Origin: Myxococcales bacterium
GTDB taxonomy: Bacteria; Myxococcota_A; UBA9042; JABWCM01; BTVJ01
DNA: 64,000 nt
Assembly: GCA_045863395.1 (NCBI GenBank)
Contig: BTVJ01000014.1
Coordinates: 1-64,000, forward strand
Reading direction: 5' to 3'
The notes under the pieces are model-generated. The model was given only the letters and a program-made list of their open reading frames with translations, did no database searches and was not told where the DNA came from. A program made the position numbers and the translations under genes. Each line of letters starts with the position of its first letter. Position 1 is the stretch's first letter. Of this stretch, positions 39,213 through 50,500 are shown piece by piece.

Positions 39213-39599
39213 CTACCAGATGCGGCGGACTCCGAAGCCGTCGAGGGCCGGGTCGCAGCTCACGATGGGGAGGACCTCCGCCTGGGCCTGCGCCGCGAGC
39301 ATCCGATCAAAGGGGTCGCGGTGCGCGCCGGGGAGCAGCCCGGCGCGGCGACCGTGCTCCACCGTGATCTCCAGCTCGCGAAAGCCCTGGTCGCGCAGGA
39401 TGTCTCCGAGTCTCTCGGCCACGTCCACGGCACCGGGCAGCTTCCCGAGTCGGACCTTCGTGCTGATCTCCCATGCGGATGCGGCGCTCACCAGGACCTC
39501 GTTGTGTTCGTCGTCGATCAGCGCGCGGGCGTGGATCGAGAGGCGCTCGTCGCCAGCGAGCCACCACAGGAGGGCGTGGGTGTCGAGGAGGAAGCGCAT
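39213..39599 (-). CDS. vapC: type II TA toxin, VapC/PIN family
   Basis: MRFLLDTHALLW, SAASAWEI, HRDPFDRML, IVSCD. Confidence 0.93.
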   Translation of the reverse strand: MRFLLDTHALLWWLAGDERLSIHARALIDDEHNEVLVSAASAWEISTKVRLGKLPGAVDVAERLGDILRDQGFRELEITVEHGRRAGLLPGAHRDPFDRMLAAQAQAEVLPIVSCDPALDGFGVRRIW

Positions 39600-39832
39600 C
39601 AGGACTCCCACGCGGCCAGCTCCTCGTCGGGGAGTGGCTCGAAGAACACGTCGTCGACCACGATCATCCCCTTCAGGGCGCCGAACCGCCTGCCCGTCGG
39701 GAGCGGGTCGATGGGGACGAGGCGGGCTACGGGCGTGCCATCCCGGGCTATGACGACCTCCTCCCCGGCACGGGCCCGCTCGATGAGGCGCGAGAGGTGG
39801 GTCTTGGCTGCGTGGATGTTCACGGGCTTCAT
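39599..39832 (-). CDS. type II TA antitoxin, Phd/YefM family
   Basis: VNIHAAKTHLSRLI...GEEVVIARDGTPVARLVP; AGGAGG RBS; TGATG coupling to the toxin. Confidence 0.92.
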   Translation of the reverse strand: MKPVNIHAAKTHLSRLIERARAGEEVVIARDGTPVARLVPIDPLPTGRRFGALKGMIVVDDVFFEPLPDEELAAWES

Positions 39833-40025
39833 GGCGGTCCTCCTGACCAACCCAAGTTAGCTAATGGGGTTCAGGCGCGTCAAGGGAACGCCCCCATGGT
39901 TCGGCAATGCCCCGGCGGCCCCATCGGTGCGCGCCCAGCCCCCCCCAACGATGTCGGGGCGCCGAGAGATTCTTGACCCGCTGTCGGCGGCGGTTTACTC
40001 GGAAGGGGCAGACCAGGAGGGTCCC

Positions 40026-41339
40026 ATGGGAACGCCGCGCAATATCCTGATCCTTGGCGCCGCCGGGCGCGACTTCCACAACTTCAACGTCGTCTTCCGG
40101 GGTGACCCGGGCGCCCGTGTCGTCGCCTTCACTGCGACGCAGATCCCCGACATCTCGGGACGGCGGTACCCAGCGGCGCTTGCAGGCCCCCTGTACCCGG
40201 ACGGAGTGCCCGTCGCCGCCGAGGAGCGCATGGAGGCGATCATCGCCGAGGAGGCGGTCGACGAGGTGGTCTTCGCCTACTCCGATGTGACGCACGAGCA
40301 CGTCATGCACCTGGCGTCCCGTGTGGTGGCGGCGGGGGCCTCCTTCCGGCTGCTCGGCGCCCGTGAGACCATGCTGCGGGCGTCCGTGCCGGTGGTGTCC
40401 GTGTGCGCCGTGCGCACGGGCGCCGGCAAGAGCCAGACGACGCGGAGGGTCGTCGAGGCGCTGCGGGCCAGGGGCAAGCGCGTGGTGGTCGTCCGTCACC
40501 CCATGCCCTACGGCGATCTGGCGGCTCAGCGGGTGCAGCGCTTCGCGGCCCTGGAGGACCTGGACACCCACCGCTGCACCATCGAGGAGCGCGAGGAGTA
40601 CGAGCCGCACATCGCCGCGGGCACCACGGTCTTTGCGGGCGTCGACTACGGCGCCATCCTGCGGGAGGCGGAAGCGGAGGCCGACGTCATCCTCTGGGAC
40701 GGCGGCAACAACGACCTGCCGTTCTTCCGGCCGGACGTGGAGGTGGTCGTCGTCGACCCGCACCGGCCGGGGCACGAGCTGCGCTACTTCCCCGGGGAGG
40801 CGAACCTGCGCCGCGCCGGCGTCGTCGTGATCAACAAGGTGGACACCGCGGAGCCCGACGCGCTCGAGATCGTCCGGCGCAACGTGGCCGCGGCTGCCCC
40901 CGGGGCCGTCGTCATCGAGGCGGACTCGCCGATCACGGTCAGCGATCCCGCGGCGCTGGACGGCAAGCGCGCCCTGGTCATCGAGGACGGCCCGACCCTC
41001 ACCCACGGGGAGATGACCTACGGCGCCGGCTTCCTCGCGGCACAGGCCCACGGGGCGACGGTGGTGGACCCGCGTCCCTACGCCGTCGCGCGCATCGCCG
41101 ACACGTACCGTGCGTACCCGAGGACCGGCCCGGTGCTGCCCGCCATGGGCTACGGCGAGCAGCAGGTGCGGGACCTGGAGGCCACGGTCCAGGCGACTCC
41201 CTGCGACGTCGTCGTGGTGGGCACGCCCATCGACCTCCGGCGCCTGGTCGACTTCGGCAAGCCCGCAGTGCGCGTCACCTACGAGCTCGCCGAGCGGGGG
41301 CTCACCCTGGCGGACGTGCTGCGGGAGCGGCTGCCGTGA
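40026..41339 (+). CDS. COG2403-type P-loop ligase (usually annotated predicted GTPase or cyclic 2,3-diphosphoglycerate synthase-like)
   Basis: ILGAAGRDFHNFN, AVRTGAGKSQT, RHPMPYG, TIEEREEYEPH, WDGGNND, EDGPTLTHG; AGGAGG RBS. Confidence 0.85.
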   Translation: MGTPRNILILGAAGRDFHNFNVVFRGDPGARVVAFTATQIPDISGRRYPAALAGPLYPDGVPVAAEERMEAIIAEEAVDEVVFAYSDVTHEHVMHLASRVVAAGASFRLLGARETMLRASVPVVSVCAVRTGAGKSQTTRRVVEALRARGKRVVVVRHPMPYGDLAAQRVQRFAALEDLDTHRCTIEEREEYEPHIAAGTTVFAGVDYGAILREAEAEADVILWDGGNNDLPFFRPDVEVVVVDPHRPGHELRYFPGEANLRRAGVVVINKVDTAEPDALEIVRRNVAAAAPGAVVIEADSPITVSDPAALDGKRALVIEDGPTLTHGEMTYGAGFLAAQAHGATVVDPRPYAVARIADTYRAYPRTGPVLPAMGYGEQQVRDLEATVQATPCDVVVVGTPIDLRRLVDFGKPAVRVTYELAERGLTLADVLRERLP

Positions 41340-41499
41340 CGGCCCGCGGGGTCGGGACCTGGTCCTGGGGTGGCTCTTGAGTTACCCGCCGCGGCAGACC
41401 CCGCAACACGCGGGGCCGGCCGTCTGTCATCGGGCGTCCCGATTCGTTATGTTGAGCCAAGCACGCCGTCGCTCCCCCGCAAGCGCTCGAGGTGTCCGC

Positions 41500-43815
41500 A
41501 TGTCCCGTGCCCCCGTCCTGGCGACCATCGCCGCCCTGTGGGCCCTGTCGCCCCTGCCGGCCTCCGGCGAGCCGGTCCCTGAGCCGCTGGCTCTCGTCCC
41601 CTCCGGCCCCGTCACGGTGATCGTCGGCCAGACTCTGGAGCTCCAGGCGTCCGGTGGGACCCCGCCGTACACCTGGATCTCCCTGGACCCGGGGGTGGGC
41701 GTGGTGGACGACGCCGGCGTGTTCCTGGCCGTCGGCGCCGGATCGTCCTCCACCACGCAGGTCCTCGTGCTGGATGCCGTCTCCTGCACTGCGGTGAGTG
41801 GAGAGATCACGGTCCCCAAGGACAGCGATGGCGACGGGCTCCCCGACACGTGGGAGCTCGCTCACGGCCTGCTGATCGGCGAGGACGACGCGGCGGCAGA
41901 CGCCGACGGCGACGGCGCGACCAACGCGGCGGAGTGGGGCGCCGGCAGCACACCGACCAAGGCGGACACGGACGGCGACGGCATGCCCGACGGGTGGGAG
42001 ATCATCAACGGGCTGTCTCCGGTGATGCCGGACGGCAGCGCTGACCCTGACGGCGACGGCCTGGACAACCTGCGCGAGTACCTGAGTGGCCACGACCCAC
42101 ACATGAGCGATGCCGGCATCGACACGGACGGCGACGGCATGGACGACGTGTGGGAGATCAACCACGGCCTCGACCCGGCCAGCCCGGCCGACGCGGCGGC
42201 GGACCCCGACGGCGACGGCCTCGTCAACGGCATCGAGCGGCTCGCGGGGACCAGCCCACACGAGGCCAACGAGCACCTCCCCGACGCGGACGGCGACTGG
42301 ATGCCCGATCCGTGGGAGATCGCCTGGGGGACCGACCCCCTGGTTGCCGACCACTTCGTCGACGCGGACGGCGACGGCTTCCCCCACTACCTCGAGTACC
42401 TGCTCGGGACCGACCCCTTTGGCCACAACGGCGCCCTCACGGACACGGACGGCGATGGCATGCCCGACCAGTGGGAGCGGACGTTTGCCCTCGACCCGGC
42501 GGTGGACGACGGCGACCTGGACGCCGACGCGGACGGACGCCCCAACCGGGTGGAGTACCGGGGGGCGACCAACCCCGCCGGCAAGGACGCGGACGTGGAC
42601 GGCGACGGCATGGCCGACCGGTGGGAGCACGGCTTCGCGGTGTCGGATCCGCTGGGCAACCCGGACAACGATCACCTGTCCAACGTGGAGGAGTTCAACA
42701 AGGGCAAGAACCCGCAGGTGCTGAACCCATACACGGTGGGGGTGGACCCATCGACGGCGGCGCTCGAGGTGGGGGAGCAGGTCACGCTGGCTTGTACCAA
42801 CGCCATCGGGCCGTGCACCTGGACCTCCGACGCGCCGGGGGTGGCGACCGTCGCCGGTGGGGTGGTGTCGGGGGTGGCCCCGGGGGTGGCGCTCGTGACC
42901 GCGCGTGACTCCAACGAGATCAAGGGGATCGGCGTGGTTGCGGTGCGGGAGTCGCCCGTCGCGGGGCAGCCGGAGCCGGTGGGGGTCCACCCCACGAGCG
43001 CAGCGCTGGTGGAGGGAGGGCGCCTCGCCTTCGCCGCCTTCGGTGGGGTCCGGCCGTATGGTGCGATCACGTCGTCGGACCCGGCGGTGGTCGCGGTGGA
43101 GGCAGACCTGGACACCGCGGGAGCTCCGGTAGGAACGGGGTGGCTCGCCGCCGGCCACGCGGGGCAGGCGACGGTGACCGTGAACGACGGCGGCGGCGCT
43201 ACCGCGACGATCACAGTGAGCGTGGCGGCCGGGGTGGTGACCGTGTCGCCGCCCTCCCTGTCGCTCGCGGTGGGTGAGAGCGCCGGCCTGTGGGCCACCG
43301 GCGCGGCTCCGCTCACGTTCCAGTCGGCGGACAGCGCCGTCGCGACGGTCGGTGCCTCCACCGGCAAGGTGACGGCCGTGGCGGCGGGCGTCACGCAGGT
43401 CGTCGTGACGGACGCCTTCCAGCGCCAGGCGGTGGTCGACGTCACGGTGGAGAACCCGGTGCTGATCCTGGCCCCCGAGGAGCTGACCCTCGCCGTCGGG
43501 GCCGGCGTCGCCCTGGTCGCCGTCGGGGGTGTGCCACCGTACTCGTGGGCGTCGAGCGACCCGGCGGTCTCCGTCGAGGCGGGGTACGCGCTGGCCGTGG
43601 CGTCCGGAGCAGCCGTCGTGACCGTGACCGACTCCGCCGGGCAGAAGGCGACCGCCACCGTGACGGTTGCGGCCGCGAGCGCGGCGGAGGGGTGCGGTGC
43701 AGCGCCCGCTGGACCCGCGGGGGTGCTGCCGGTGCTCGCCGCGCTCGCCGCGGTCCTCGTCGCGGTGCGGTTGACGTTCGGCCCTCGCAGGCGCAGAGTC
43801 GGGGCACCTGACTAG
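41500..43815 (+). CDS. secreted surface protein with Ca-binding DxDGDG (TSP3-like) repeats, Ig-like (Big_2) domains and a MYXO-CTERM-like anchor
   Basis: Signal peptide; repeated D-x-D-G-D-G-M-P-D-x-W-E units (about 41820-42730); WTSDAPGVATV / SSDPAVVAV Ig repeats; C-terminal EGCG...hydrophobic...RRRR. Confidence 0.85.
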   Translation: MSRAPVLATIAALWALSPLPASGEPVPEPLALVPSGPVTVIVGQTLELQASGGTPPYTWISLDPGVGVVDDAGVFLAVGAGSSSTTQVLVLDAVSCTAVSGEITVPKDSDGDGLPDTWELAHGLLIGEDDAAADADGDGATNAAEWGAGSTPTKADTDGDGMPDGWEIINGLSPVMPDGSADPDGDGLDNLREYLSGHDPHMSDAGIDTDGDGMDDVWEINHGLDPASPADAAADPDGDGLVNGIERLAGTSPHEANEHLPDADGDWMPDPWEIAWGTDPLVADHFVDADGDGFPHYLEYLLGTDPFGHNGALTDTDGDGMPDQWERTFALDPAVDDGDLDADADGRPNRVEYRGATNPAGKDADVDGDGMADRWEHGFAVSDPLGNPDNDHLSNVEEFNKGKNPQVLNPYTVGVDPSTAALEVGEQVTLACTNAIGPCTWTSDAPGVATVAGGVVSGVAPGVALVTARDSNEIKGIGVVAVRESPVAGQPEPVGVHPTSAALVEGGRLAFAAFGGVRPYGAITSSDPAVVAVEADLDTAGAPVGTGWLAAGHAGQATVTVNDGGGATATITVSVAAGVVTVSPPSLSLAVGESAGLWATGAAPLTFQSADSAVATVGASTGKVTAVAAGVTQVVVTDAFQRQAVVDVTVENPVLILAPEELTLAVGAGVALVAVGGVPPYSWASSDPAVSVEAGYALAVASGAAVVTVTDSAGQKATATVTVAAASAAEGCGAAPAGPAGVLPVLAALAAVLVAVRLTFGPRRRRVGAPD

Positions 43816-43841
43816 GGGGACCCGACCCGAGGAGGACGAGC

Positions 43842-44399
43842 ATGAAGCGTGTAGCGACGGCGGTGTTGGTTGTGCTGATGCTGGCGACCCTGGCGCACGC
43901 CCGCACCAAGGAGGGGGTGACCATGCCCGACGAGGTCGTCCTCGAGGGCAAGAAGGTGGTCCTGAACGGCATGGGCCTGCGCGAGGCCACGGCGCTCAAC
44001 GTCGATGTCTACGTGGCGGGCCTCTACCTGGAGAACAAGTCCTCGGACGGCCGCGCCATCGCGGAGTCCAATGAGACCAAGCGGCTGGTGCTGCGCTTCG
44101 TCCGGGATGTCGACGGCGACGACATCTCCAGCGCGTGGACCGAGGGCTTCAAGAAGAACTCGGCGGCGGCGGTGCCGGCCCTGCAGGCACGCATCAACAA
44201 GCTCAACGGCTGGATGCAGGACGTGGAGGACGGTCAGTCCCTCGTCTTCAACTACATTCCAGGAAAGGGGCTCCAAGTCATCGTCGACGGCGCCAAGAAG
44301 GGGTTCATCGAGGGGGAGGACTTCCAGAAGGCGTTCTTCCTGATCTTCCTCGGTGATCCGCCCAACGCCGGCCTCAAGTCGGGGCTGCTGGGCAAGTAG
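43842..44399 (+). CDS. chalcone-isomerase-like periplasmic protein
   Basis: Signal peptide; VLNGMGLREAT...VDVYVAGLYL; IFLGDPP...LKSGLLG; GAGGAGG RBS. Confidence 0.88.
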   Translation: MKRVATAVLVVLMLATLAHARTKEGVTMPDEVVLEGKKVVLNGMGLREATALNVDVYVAGLYLENKSSDGRAIAESNETKRLVLRFVRDVDGDDISSAWTEGFKKNSAAAVPALQARINKLNGWMQDVEDGQSLVFNYIPGKGLQVIVDGAKKGFIEGEDFQKAFFLIFLGDPPNAGLKSGLLGK

Positions 44400-45048
44400 C
44401 CGCGTCGAGGCGCCCTGTCCACCGGCCCTTCGCCCCAAAGCGCGACAGCAGCTCCCGGCGCTCCTCTCGCGGCACCTCGCACCACGCCTTGTGGGGGCCC
44501 GGGGCGCCCCGGAGCTGCAGCTCTCCCATCTCCTCCAGATAGGCGCCCAGGGAGGCGTGGACCTCGCGGCGCTCCTCCTCCCAGCCCGGCTCCATGAGGG
44601 CGCGGGCCTCGCGGGGGTCTTGCAGCGAGTCCCAGGGCAGCGGCGCGTGGAGGCGCGACGGTGGCACCCACACGGTGGAGCCGCAGCGCTCGGTGGGGCG
44701 GTTCAGCGCCAGGAGCAGGGTGGCGGTCGTGTGAACGGGGGTGTCCTCGGTGGCCCGGCACGGGTGGAGCCGGAGCGGCTCGAGCAGCGCCAGGGTGCCG
44801 AAGTGGGCGGCGCCGAGCACCCCCTCGTGCAGCGGAGCCTCCGCGACCCAGAGCCCTTGGACGGTGGCCGGGCCGAGCTGCGGGAGCCCCATGCCCCACA
44901 GCTCCCGGAGACCGCAGGGGCCCGGGTAGCGGAACAGGGTGGGGCAGGCGTCATCGGGCGCGAAGGGGCGGGCCACGGCGCGGAGCCACGCCGGGGGGCG
45001 GTAGCGCTGGCCGGAGCGCGACTCGAACTGGGCAACGGTCTCGCGCAT
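44374..45048 (-). CDS. hypothetical protein
   Basis: AGGAG RBS and upstream TATGCT; fills the gap between two plus-strand genes; no recognised motif. Confidence 0.6.
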   Translation of the reverse strand: MRETVAQFESRSGQRYRPPAWLRAVARPFAPDDACPTLFRYPGPCGLRELWGMGLPQLGPATVQGLWVAEAPLHEGVLGAAHFGTLALLEPLRLHPCRATEDTPVHTTATLLLALNRPTERCGSTVWVPPSRLHAPLPWDSLQDPREARALMEPGWEEERREVHASLGAYLEEMGELQLRGAPGPHKAWCEVPREERRELLSRFGAKGRWTGRLDAATCPAAPT

Positions 45049-45140
45049 GGTGTGCTCCTGGTGGGTGAGCATAGCGGCGAAGGAACCGCAGGGAAAGGTG
45101 CCTCGACAGGGACGGGGCGCTCCCGCTACCCTCGGGCCCC

Positions 45141-46133
45141 ATGACGGTTGGCATGGTCCTCGGCAAGTTCCTCCCTCCCCACGCGGGGCACGTCCACTTG
45201 GTGGAGACGGCGGCGGCCCAGGTGGATCGGCTGATCGTACTGGTGGGGACCCTGGAGCGGGAGCCGATCCCCGGCGCTGTGCGCGCTGGGTGGATGCGCC
45301 AGCTCTGCCCGCCCAACGCGACGGTGGTGCACGTCACGGACGAGAACCCTCAGGAGCCGCACGAGCACCCGGACTTCTGGGACATCTGGGTGGGGACCAT
45401 CCGCCGCGCGTGCCCGGAGCCGCCCGACGTGGTGTTCTCCAGCGAGGCGTACGGCGACGAGCTGGCGCGGCGCCTGGGGGTCCGACACATCGCCGTGGAT
45501 CCGGCGCGGGCGACGGTGCCCGTGTCAGGGACGGCCATCCGGGCCTGTCCGGCCGCCTGTTGGGAGCACATTCCACGGGTGGTGCGGCCGTGGTTCGCGC
45601 GGCGGGTGGTGCTCACCGGCGCCGAGTCCACGGGCAAGACCACCATGGCGGCTCGCCTGGCCGCACACTATGGGGTCCGGTGGGTGCCGGAGTTCGCGCG
45701 GGAGTACATCGGGGGCCGGGGGGACGTGTTCGGCGTCGACGACATGGAGCCCATCGCCGAGGGACACGCGGCGTCCGAGAGCGCGGCCCTCGGGGAGCAC
45801 CCGGTGCTCTTCTGCGACACGGACGCCATCGTCACCAGCGTCTACAGCGCGTGGTACTTCGGGCAGGTGCCACCCCGCGTGGCGGCCCTCGCCGACGCGA
45901 GCCGCCCGGACCTGAGCCTGCTCTTCCACCCCGACGTGCCGTGGGTCGCGGACCCACAGCGAGACCTGCCCCACGTGCGGCTCGCCATGCACGAGAGGTT
46001 CCGCTCCGCGCTCCAGGTTCGCGGGCTCCGGTGGGCGGACGTCACGGGCGGGTGGGACGAGCGCTTCGCCCGGTGCGTGGCGGCCGTGGACGCGCTGTTG
46101 CGGGAGCCCATGCAGCCCAGCGCTGCCCGGTGA
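45141..46133 (+). CDS. NadR-like nucleotidyltransferase + kinase (no HTH)
   Basis: GKFLPPHAGH (HxGH), VFSSEAYG, VSGTAIR, Walker A GAESTGKTT, VPEFAREY, FCDTD. Confidence 0.9.
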   Translation: MTVGMVLGKFLPPHAGHVHLVETAAAQVDRLIVLVGTLEREPIPGAVRAGWMRQLCPPNATVVHVTDENPQEPHEHPDFWDIWVGTIRRACPEPPDVVFSSEAYGDELARRLGVRHIAVDPARATVPVSGTAIRACPAACWEHIPRVVRPWFARRVVLTGAESTGKTTMAARLAAHYGVRWVPEFAREYIGGRGDVFGVDDMEPIAEGHAASESAALGEHPVLFCDTDAIVTSVYSAWYFGQVPPRVAALADASRPDLSLLFHPDVPWVADPQRDLPHVRLAMHERFRSALQVRGLRWADVTGGWDERFARCVAAVDALLREPMQPSAAR

Positions 46134-46205
46134 CCCGCCAGAGGGGCTCTCGCCAGCGCGCCGCCGACTGTGCTAGTGGTGGGCCCTCTCCCGGAGGTGC
46201 TGTCC

Positions 46206-47495
46206 ATGCTCCAGCGCGTCGTCGTACTTGGCCTTGGCCTCGTTTTCGCGGGGAGCGCCGCCGCGGGTCCGCCCGATGCGCTGCTGGAGCGCGCCCGTGG
46301 CATCCTGGCCACGACGCCGCTCATCGACGGCCACAACGACCTCCCATGGCAGGTGCGGGACCGTGCCGGGGGGAGCCTCGATGACCTGGATCTGGCCTCT
46401 GACACGGGCCGCCTCGACCCGCCCATGCACACGGACATCTCACGCCTTCGAGCGGGCGCCGTGGGCGGAGTCTTCTGGTCCGTGTACGTGCCCGTGGACC
46501 TGAAGGCGGCCGTGCAGGCCACCTTCGAGCAGATTGACGTCGTCCATCGCATGGCGGCCCGGTGGCCAGAGACCTTCACGGTGGCGCGCACGGCCGACGA
46601 GGTCATGGCAGCCTTCCGCGCCGGCCGCGTCGCGTCCTTGATAGGAATGGAGGGCGGGCACTCCATCGGCGGGTCCCTGGCGGTCCTCCGCCAGGCCTAC
46701 GCCGCGGGCGCCCGTTACATGACGCTGACCCACTGGAAGAACACGGCCTGGGCGGACGCGGCAACGGACACCCCACGGCACAAGGGTCTGACGGCGTTCG
46801 GGCGGGAGGTCGTCCGCGAGATGAACCGCCTCGGCATGCTGGTGGACCTGAGCCACGTCTCCGTCGCCACCATGCACGCGGCCCTCGACGTGGCGGAGGC
46901 GCCGGTGATCTTCTCGCACTCCGGTGCGCGCGCAGTCTGCAACCACGTCCGAAACGTCCCCGACGACGTGCTCCTGCGGCTGCGCGACAACGGCGGCGTC
47001 GCCATGGTCAACTTCCTGCCGGCCTACGTCTCCGACAAGGTGCGTCTGCGGGGCACGGTGGAGGCTGCGGAGCGGGCCCGCCTGGACGCCTTGCACGTGG
47101 GCGACCCGGACGGCGCGGCGACGACCCTGGCGGCGTGGCGCAAGGCGAACCCCGCGCCCCGGGCGACCCTCTCCCAGGTGGCCGACCACATCGACCACGT
47201 CCGCAAGGTGGCCGGCATCGACCACGTGGGCCTGGGCTCGGACTTCGACGGCTTCGACCGGGGCCCGAGGGGCCTGGAGGACGTCTCCCGCTTCCCCGAC
47301 CTCATCGCGGAGCTCCTGCGCCGCGGCTACACGGACGAGGAGGCGGCGAAGGTGGCTGGCGGCAACGTGCTGCGGGTGCTGCGGCAAGCGGAGGCCGTGG
47401 CCGCTCGGCTGCAGAGCCAGCGCCCCCCGTCGGAGGCCCGCATCGAAGAGCTGGACCGGCCCACGGGGGGAGCCAAGGAGCGCTCGTCGCGGTGA
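46206..47495 (+). CDS. membrane dipeptidase, peptidase M19
   Basis: Signal peptide; [41 protein letters not shown]. Confidence 0.93.
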   Translation: MLQRVVVLGLGLVFAGSAAAGPPDALLERARGILATTPLIDGHNDLPWQVRDRAGGSLDDLDLASDTGRLDPPMHTDISRLRAGAVGGVFWSVYVPVDLKAAVQATFEQIDVVHRMAARWPETFTVARTADEVMAAFRAGRVASLIGMEGGHSIGGSLAVLRQAYAAGARYMTLTHWKNTAWADAATDTPRHKGLTAFGREVVREMNRLGMLVDLSHVSVATMHAALDVAEAPVIFSHSGARAVCNHVRNVPDDVLLRLRDNGGVAMVNFLPAYVSDKVRLRGTVEAAERARLDALHVGDPDGAATTLAAWRKANPAPRATLSQVADHIDHVRKVAGIDHVGLGSDFDGFDRGPRGLEDVSRFPDLIAELLRRGYTDEEAAKVAGGNVLRVLRQAEAVAARLQSQRPPSEARIEELDRPTGGAKERSSR

Positions 47496-47510
47496 GCCCC
47501 CCCTTGCGCG

Positions 47511-50500
47511 CTATGGCGACGTCTGAATCACCAGGAAGGTGGTGCCCACGGTCAAGCCGGCGGAGGTCTTGTCCGCCGCCGCGACGCCCGTGACCCAGAC
47601 CTCCGCGGGGGCGCCCGGCGGGATGCTCTGGTCGATGGTGAAGTGCAGCGTCATGAGCACCGGGTCGCCCATGACGACCCCTTGCTGGATCCAGGCGTCG
47701 GTCAGGGGGACCGTCGGGTCCGAGGCGTTGGCGAGGATCATGGTCCCGACGCCCACCCAGTTGGAGAGCTGGTTCGGCTGCATGCTCAGGGAGTGGCCGC
47801 TCTGGAGTGAGCTGAACGGCGACGGGATGGTCCACGGGAACCCGAAGATCGGGTGGACCCCGTCGCTGATCTGGTTGAAGACGAGGCGCGTGTCGTAGTG
47901 CAGGGTGAGCTGGAGGGCGGCCGCGGGGAGGTCTCCCTGGGCAGTGCGCGCGAGCTGGACCTGGCACTCCACCGTCTCACCCACCTCGCCCGTCAGCACG
48001 CAGAGGAGGCCGTAGCCCGGGTCCTCGCAGGCCGCGTAGGGGGTGCCGCCGCAGACCTGCGCCACGCACACGTCGGCCGTCGTGCAGGCGTCCCCGTCGT
48101 CGCAGGGGGTGCTGTCTGCCGCCGGGATGCCGCAGGCGCCCGTCGCCGGGTTGCAGACGTCCAGGGTGCAGGGGTCGCCGGTCGGCGGGCAGGTGATGGT
48201 GATCCCTGCGCAGCCGGCGGCGGAGCAGGTGTCGTCGACCGTGCAGGGGTTGCCGTCGTTGCAAGACGCGCCCACCGAGGGCGAATGGACGCAGCCCTCC
48301 TCGGCGGTGCAGGAGTCCGTCGTGCACGGATCGCCGTCGTCGCAGTCCAACGTGGCGCACTGAGCCTGCGGCACGTCGAAGGTGACCAGGGGCACGAACA
48401 CGCCCGCCGCCGGGTCCGTCACGCGGCTGCCGAGGAAGGCCACGCTCTCCACGATACCGCCGACCGGGTCGAGCACGTCGAGGATGATCACCACGCCCAC
48501 GCCAACCTCTGGCGTCGTCAGGCCCGACACGGTCGTGGCCCAGGTGCCGCCGCCCATCGGGGCGCCCGCCCCCATGCGCCCGTCGAGGGTCGCGACCGAC
48601 GCGCTGGAGAAGGCCAGGGCCCCGGCGTTGGCCAGGGTGCGGACCTCGAAGCTCACGGCGAGCTGCGTGTCGACCGGAGCCTGCTCCCGGTCGCGGATGG
48701 TCGCGACCAGGTCCCACTGCCCGGGTCCTGACGGCGTCGCCTCGGCGGAGACGAAGTGGGTGAGGCGCGCCAGCACGCGGCTCAGGAAGTAGGCGTCGTT
48801 GACGTTGACCGCGCCGTCGGGGAAGGCGTCCGCCTTCGAGAGCTGCCCCGGCGTCATGGTCACGAGCCCTGCGAGGGCCTGCTGCACGAAGAGGCCGTCG
48901 TTGGCGGCCAGCGAGCAGTCGTCGTTGGCGTCGCCGAGCACCGGGTCGTTGGGGCAGGCCGGGTCCAGGTCACCCGCGCCAGCGATGAGGTTGCGCGGCG
49001 TGGGGGGGCCGATGGCGGTGGTGCCGTCAATGGCGACCACCTGCTTGATCACGCCCTCGACCGGGGTGATGGCGGGGCCGGCCGACTTGATGGCCCGGAA
49101 CTGGATCTTGGCGATCTCGACGGCGGACCCGCTCGGCGGAGACCCCGTCGGTGACGAGAAGCCATTGATGAAGACCGTGCCAGGCGTCGTGCTCGCGTTG
49201 CCGCTGAAGGTCGTGCCAGCGCCGAGCCCGGCCCCGGGGGTCACGCCCATCGCCTCGATGACCGCCGGGTCGAAGTGGATCTCCAGGTCGAAGGCGCCCA
49301 GCCCCGCGCCGCCCGTGTTGATGCGCACCGGCATGGTGAACAGCTCGTTGGGCAGCCGGTCCTTGTGGGCGAGCCCGGACGTGTCGCCCAGGTCCACGTC
49401 GCCGGTCGCCGGGGTCAGGTTGCAGGCGATGGGCACGGCGACGGGCGGTCCGAAGGCGGCCCCCGCGTCATTGGCCACGTCCACGGTCAACGAGGTCGGG
49501 CCGTTGCCCCGGATGGTCGCGAGCCCCGTCGCGCTGATCGTCGCGAACTGGGTGGCCGTCGACGCGAAGTCCAAGAGCCCCGCGACGAGGTTGGCGCCGG
49601 TGAGCTGGCGCCGCGTCCCGTCGGAGAAGGTGCCCCACACGGTCATCTGCGTGGTGCCCGCGTCCTTGACCCCCGAGAACGTCGCCCCGCTTGCGACGGT
49701 CGCGGTCAGGGCCACGAGGTCCACGTGGCCGCCGTCCACGTCCATGGGCACCGCGTTGGAGGCGTGACCCACGCTGGTCCCGACGATCTCCGCGGTGCCC
49801 GTCGCGACCGCGCTGACGACCCCGCCGCTGATGGACAGCACGCCGGCCTTGGGCGCCTTGGTCACCGGGTCGCGCACCACCCACACCGTGTCGGGCCGGG
49901 TCGTGATGTTCACGCTCGCGCCGTTGCTGAAGGTCTCGACGAGCTCCAAGAGCGCGGTCTGGCGCGTGGTGGTCCCCTCGATGTACGAGAGCAGTGACTC
50001 CGGCGCCTTGGGCCCGCTCGGGGTGTACGGCTCCCAGGCGCTGAGCTGGAGTGCGCCGTGGGTGACCACCTCGACGGTGGCCTCGGCGAAGACCTCCGCA
50101 GGGAAGGTGTCGAAGGTGACCCGGACCTTCGCCGTGCCCACCCCGTTGCCCGTGGAGGTGACGAGGCCCGAGCCCGACACCGTGATCAGGTCGTCCGGGT
50201 CCAGCGTGGTCGCGTCCCACTGGGTGCGGGGGTCGTTGGTGAAGTCGGTGCTCGACCCGTCGACGTAGTGGACGGTGACGGTGAGCTGCTTCGTGACGGG
50301 CAGGTTCAGGTGCGTGGCCGCCGTGTCCGTCGGGCTCAGGGCCAGGTCGAAGGTCGCGGGGCTCAAGCTGGCGCTCGACGCCGCGGGGAGCACCACGTTG
50401 ATGGGGCCCTCGCCGACGGCGAGGGTGCCCGCGGCGCCGTCCCCGAGGACCGCCTGCACGTCCGTCAGGCCGGAGCCGATGGCGGTGACCAGGCCGTCCT

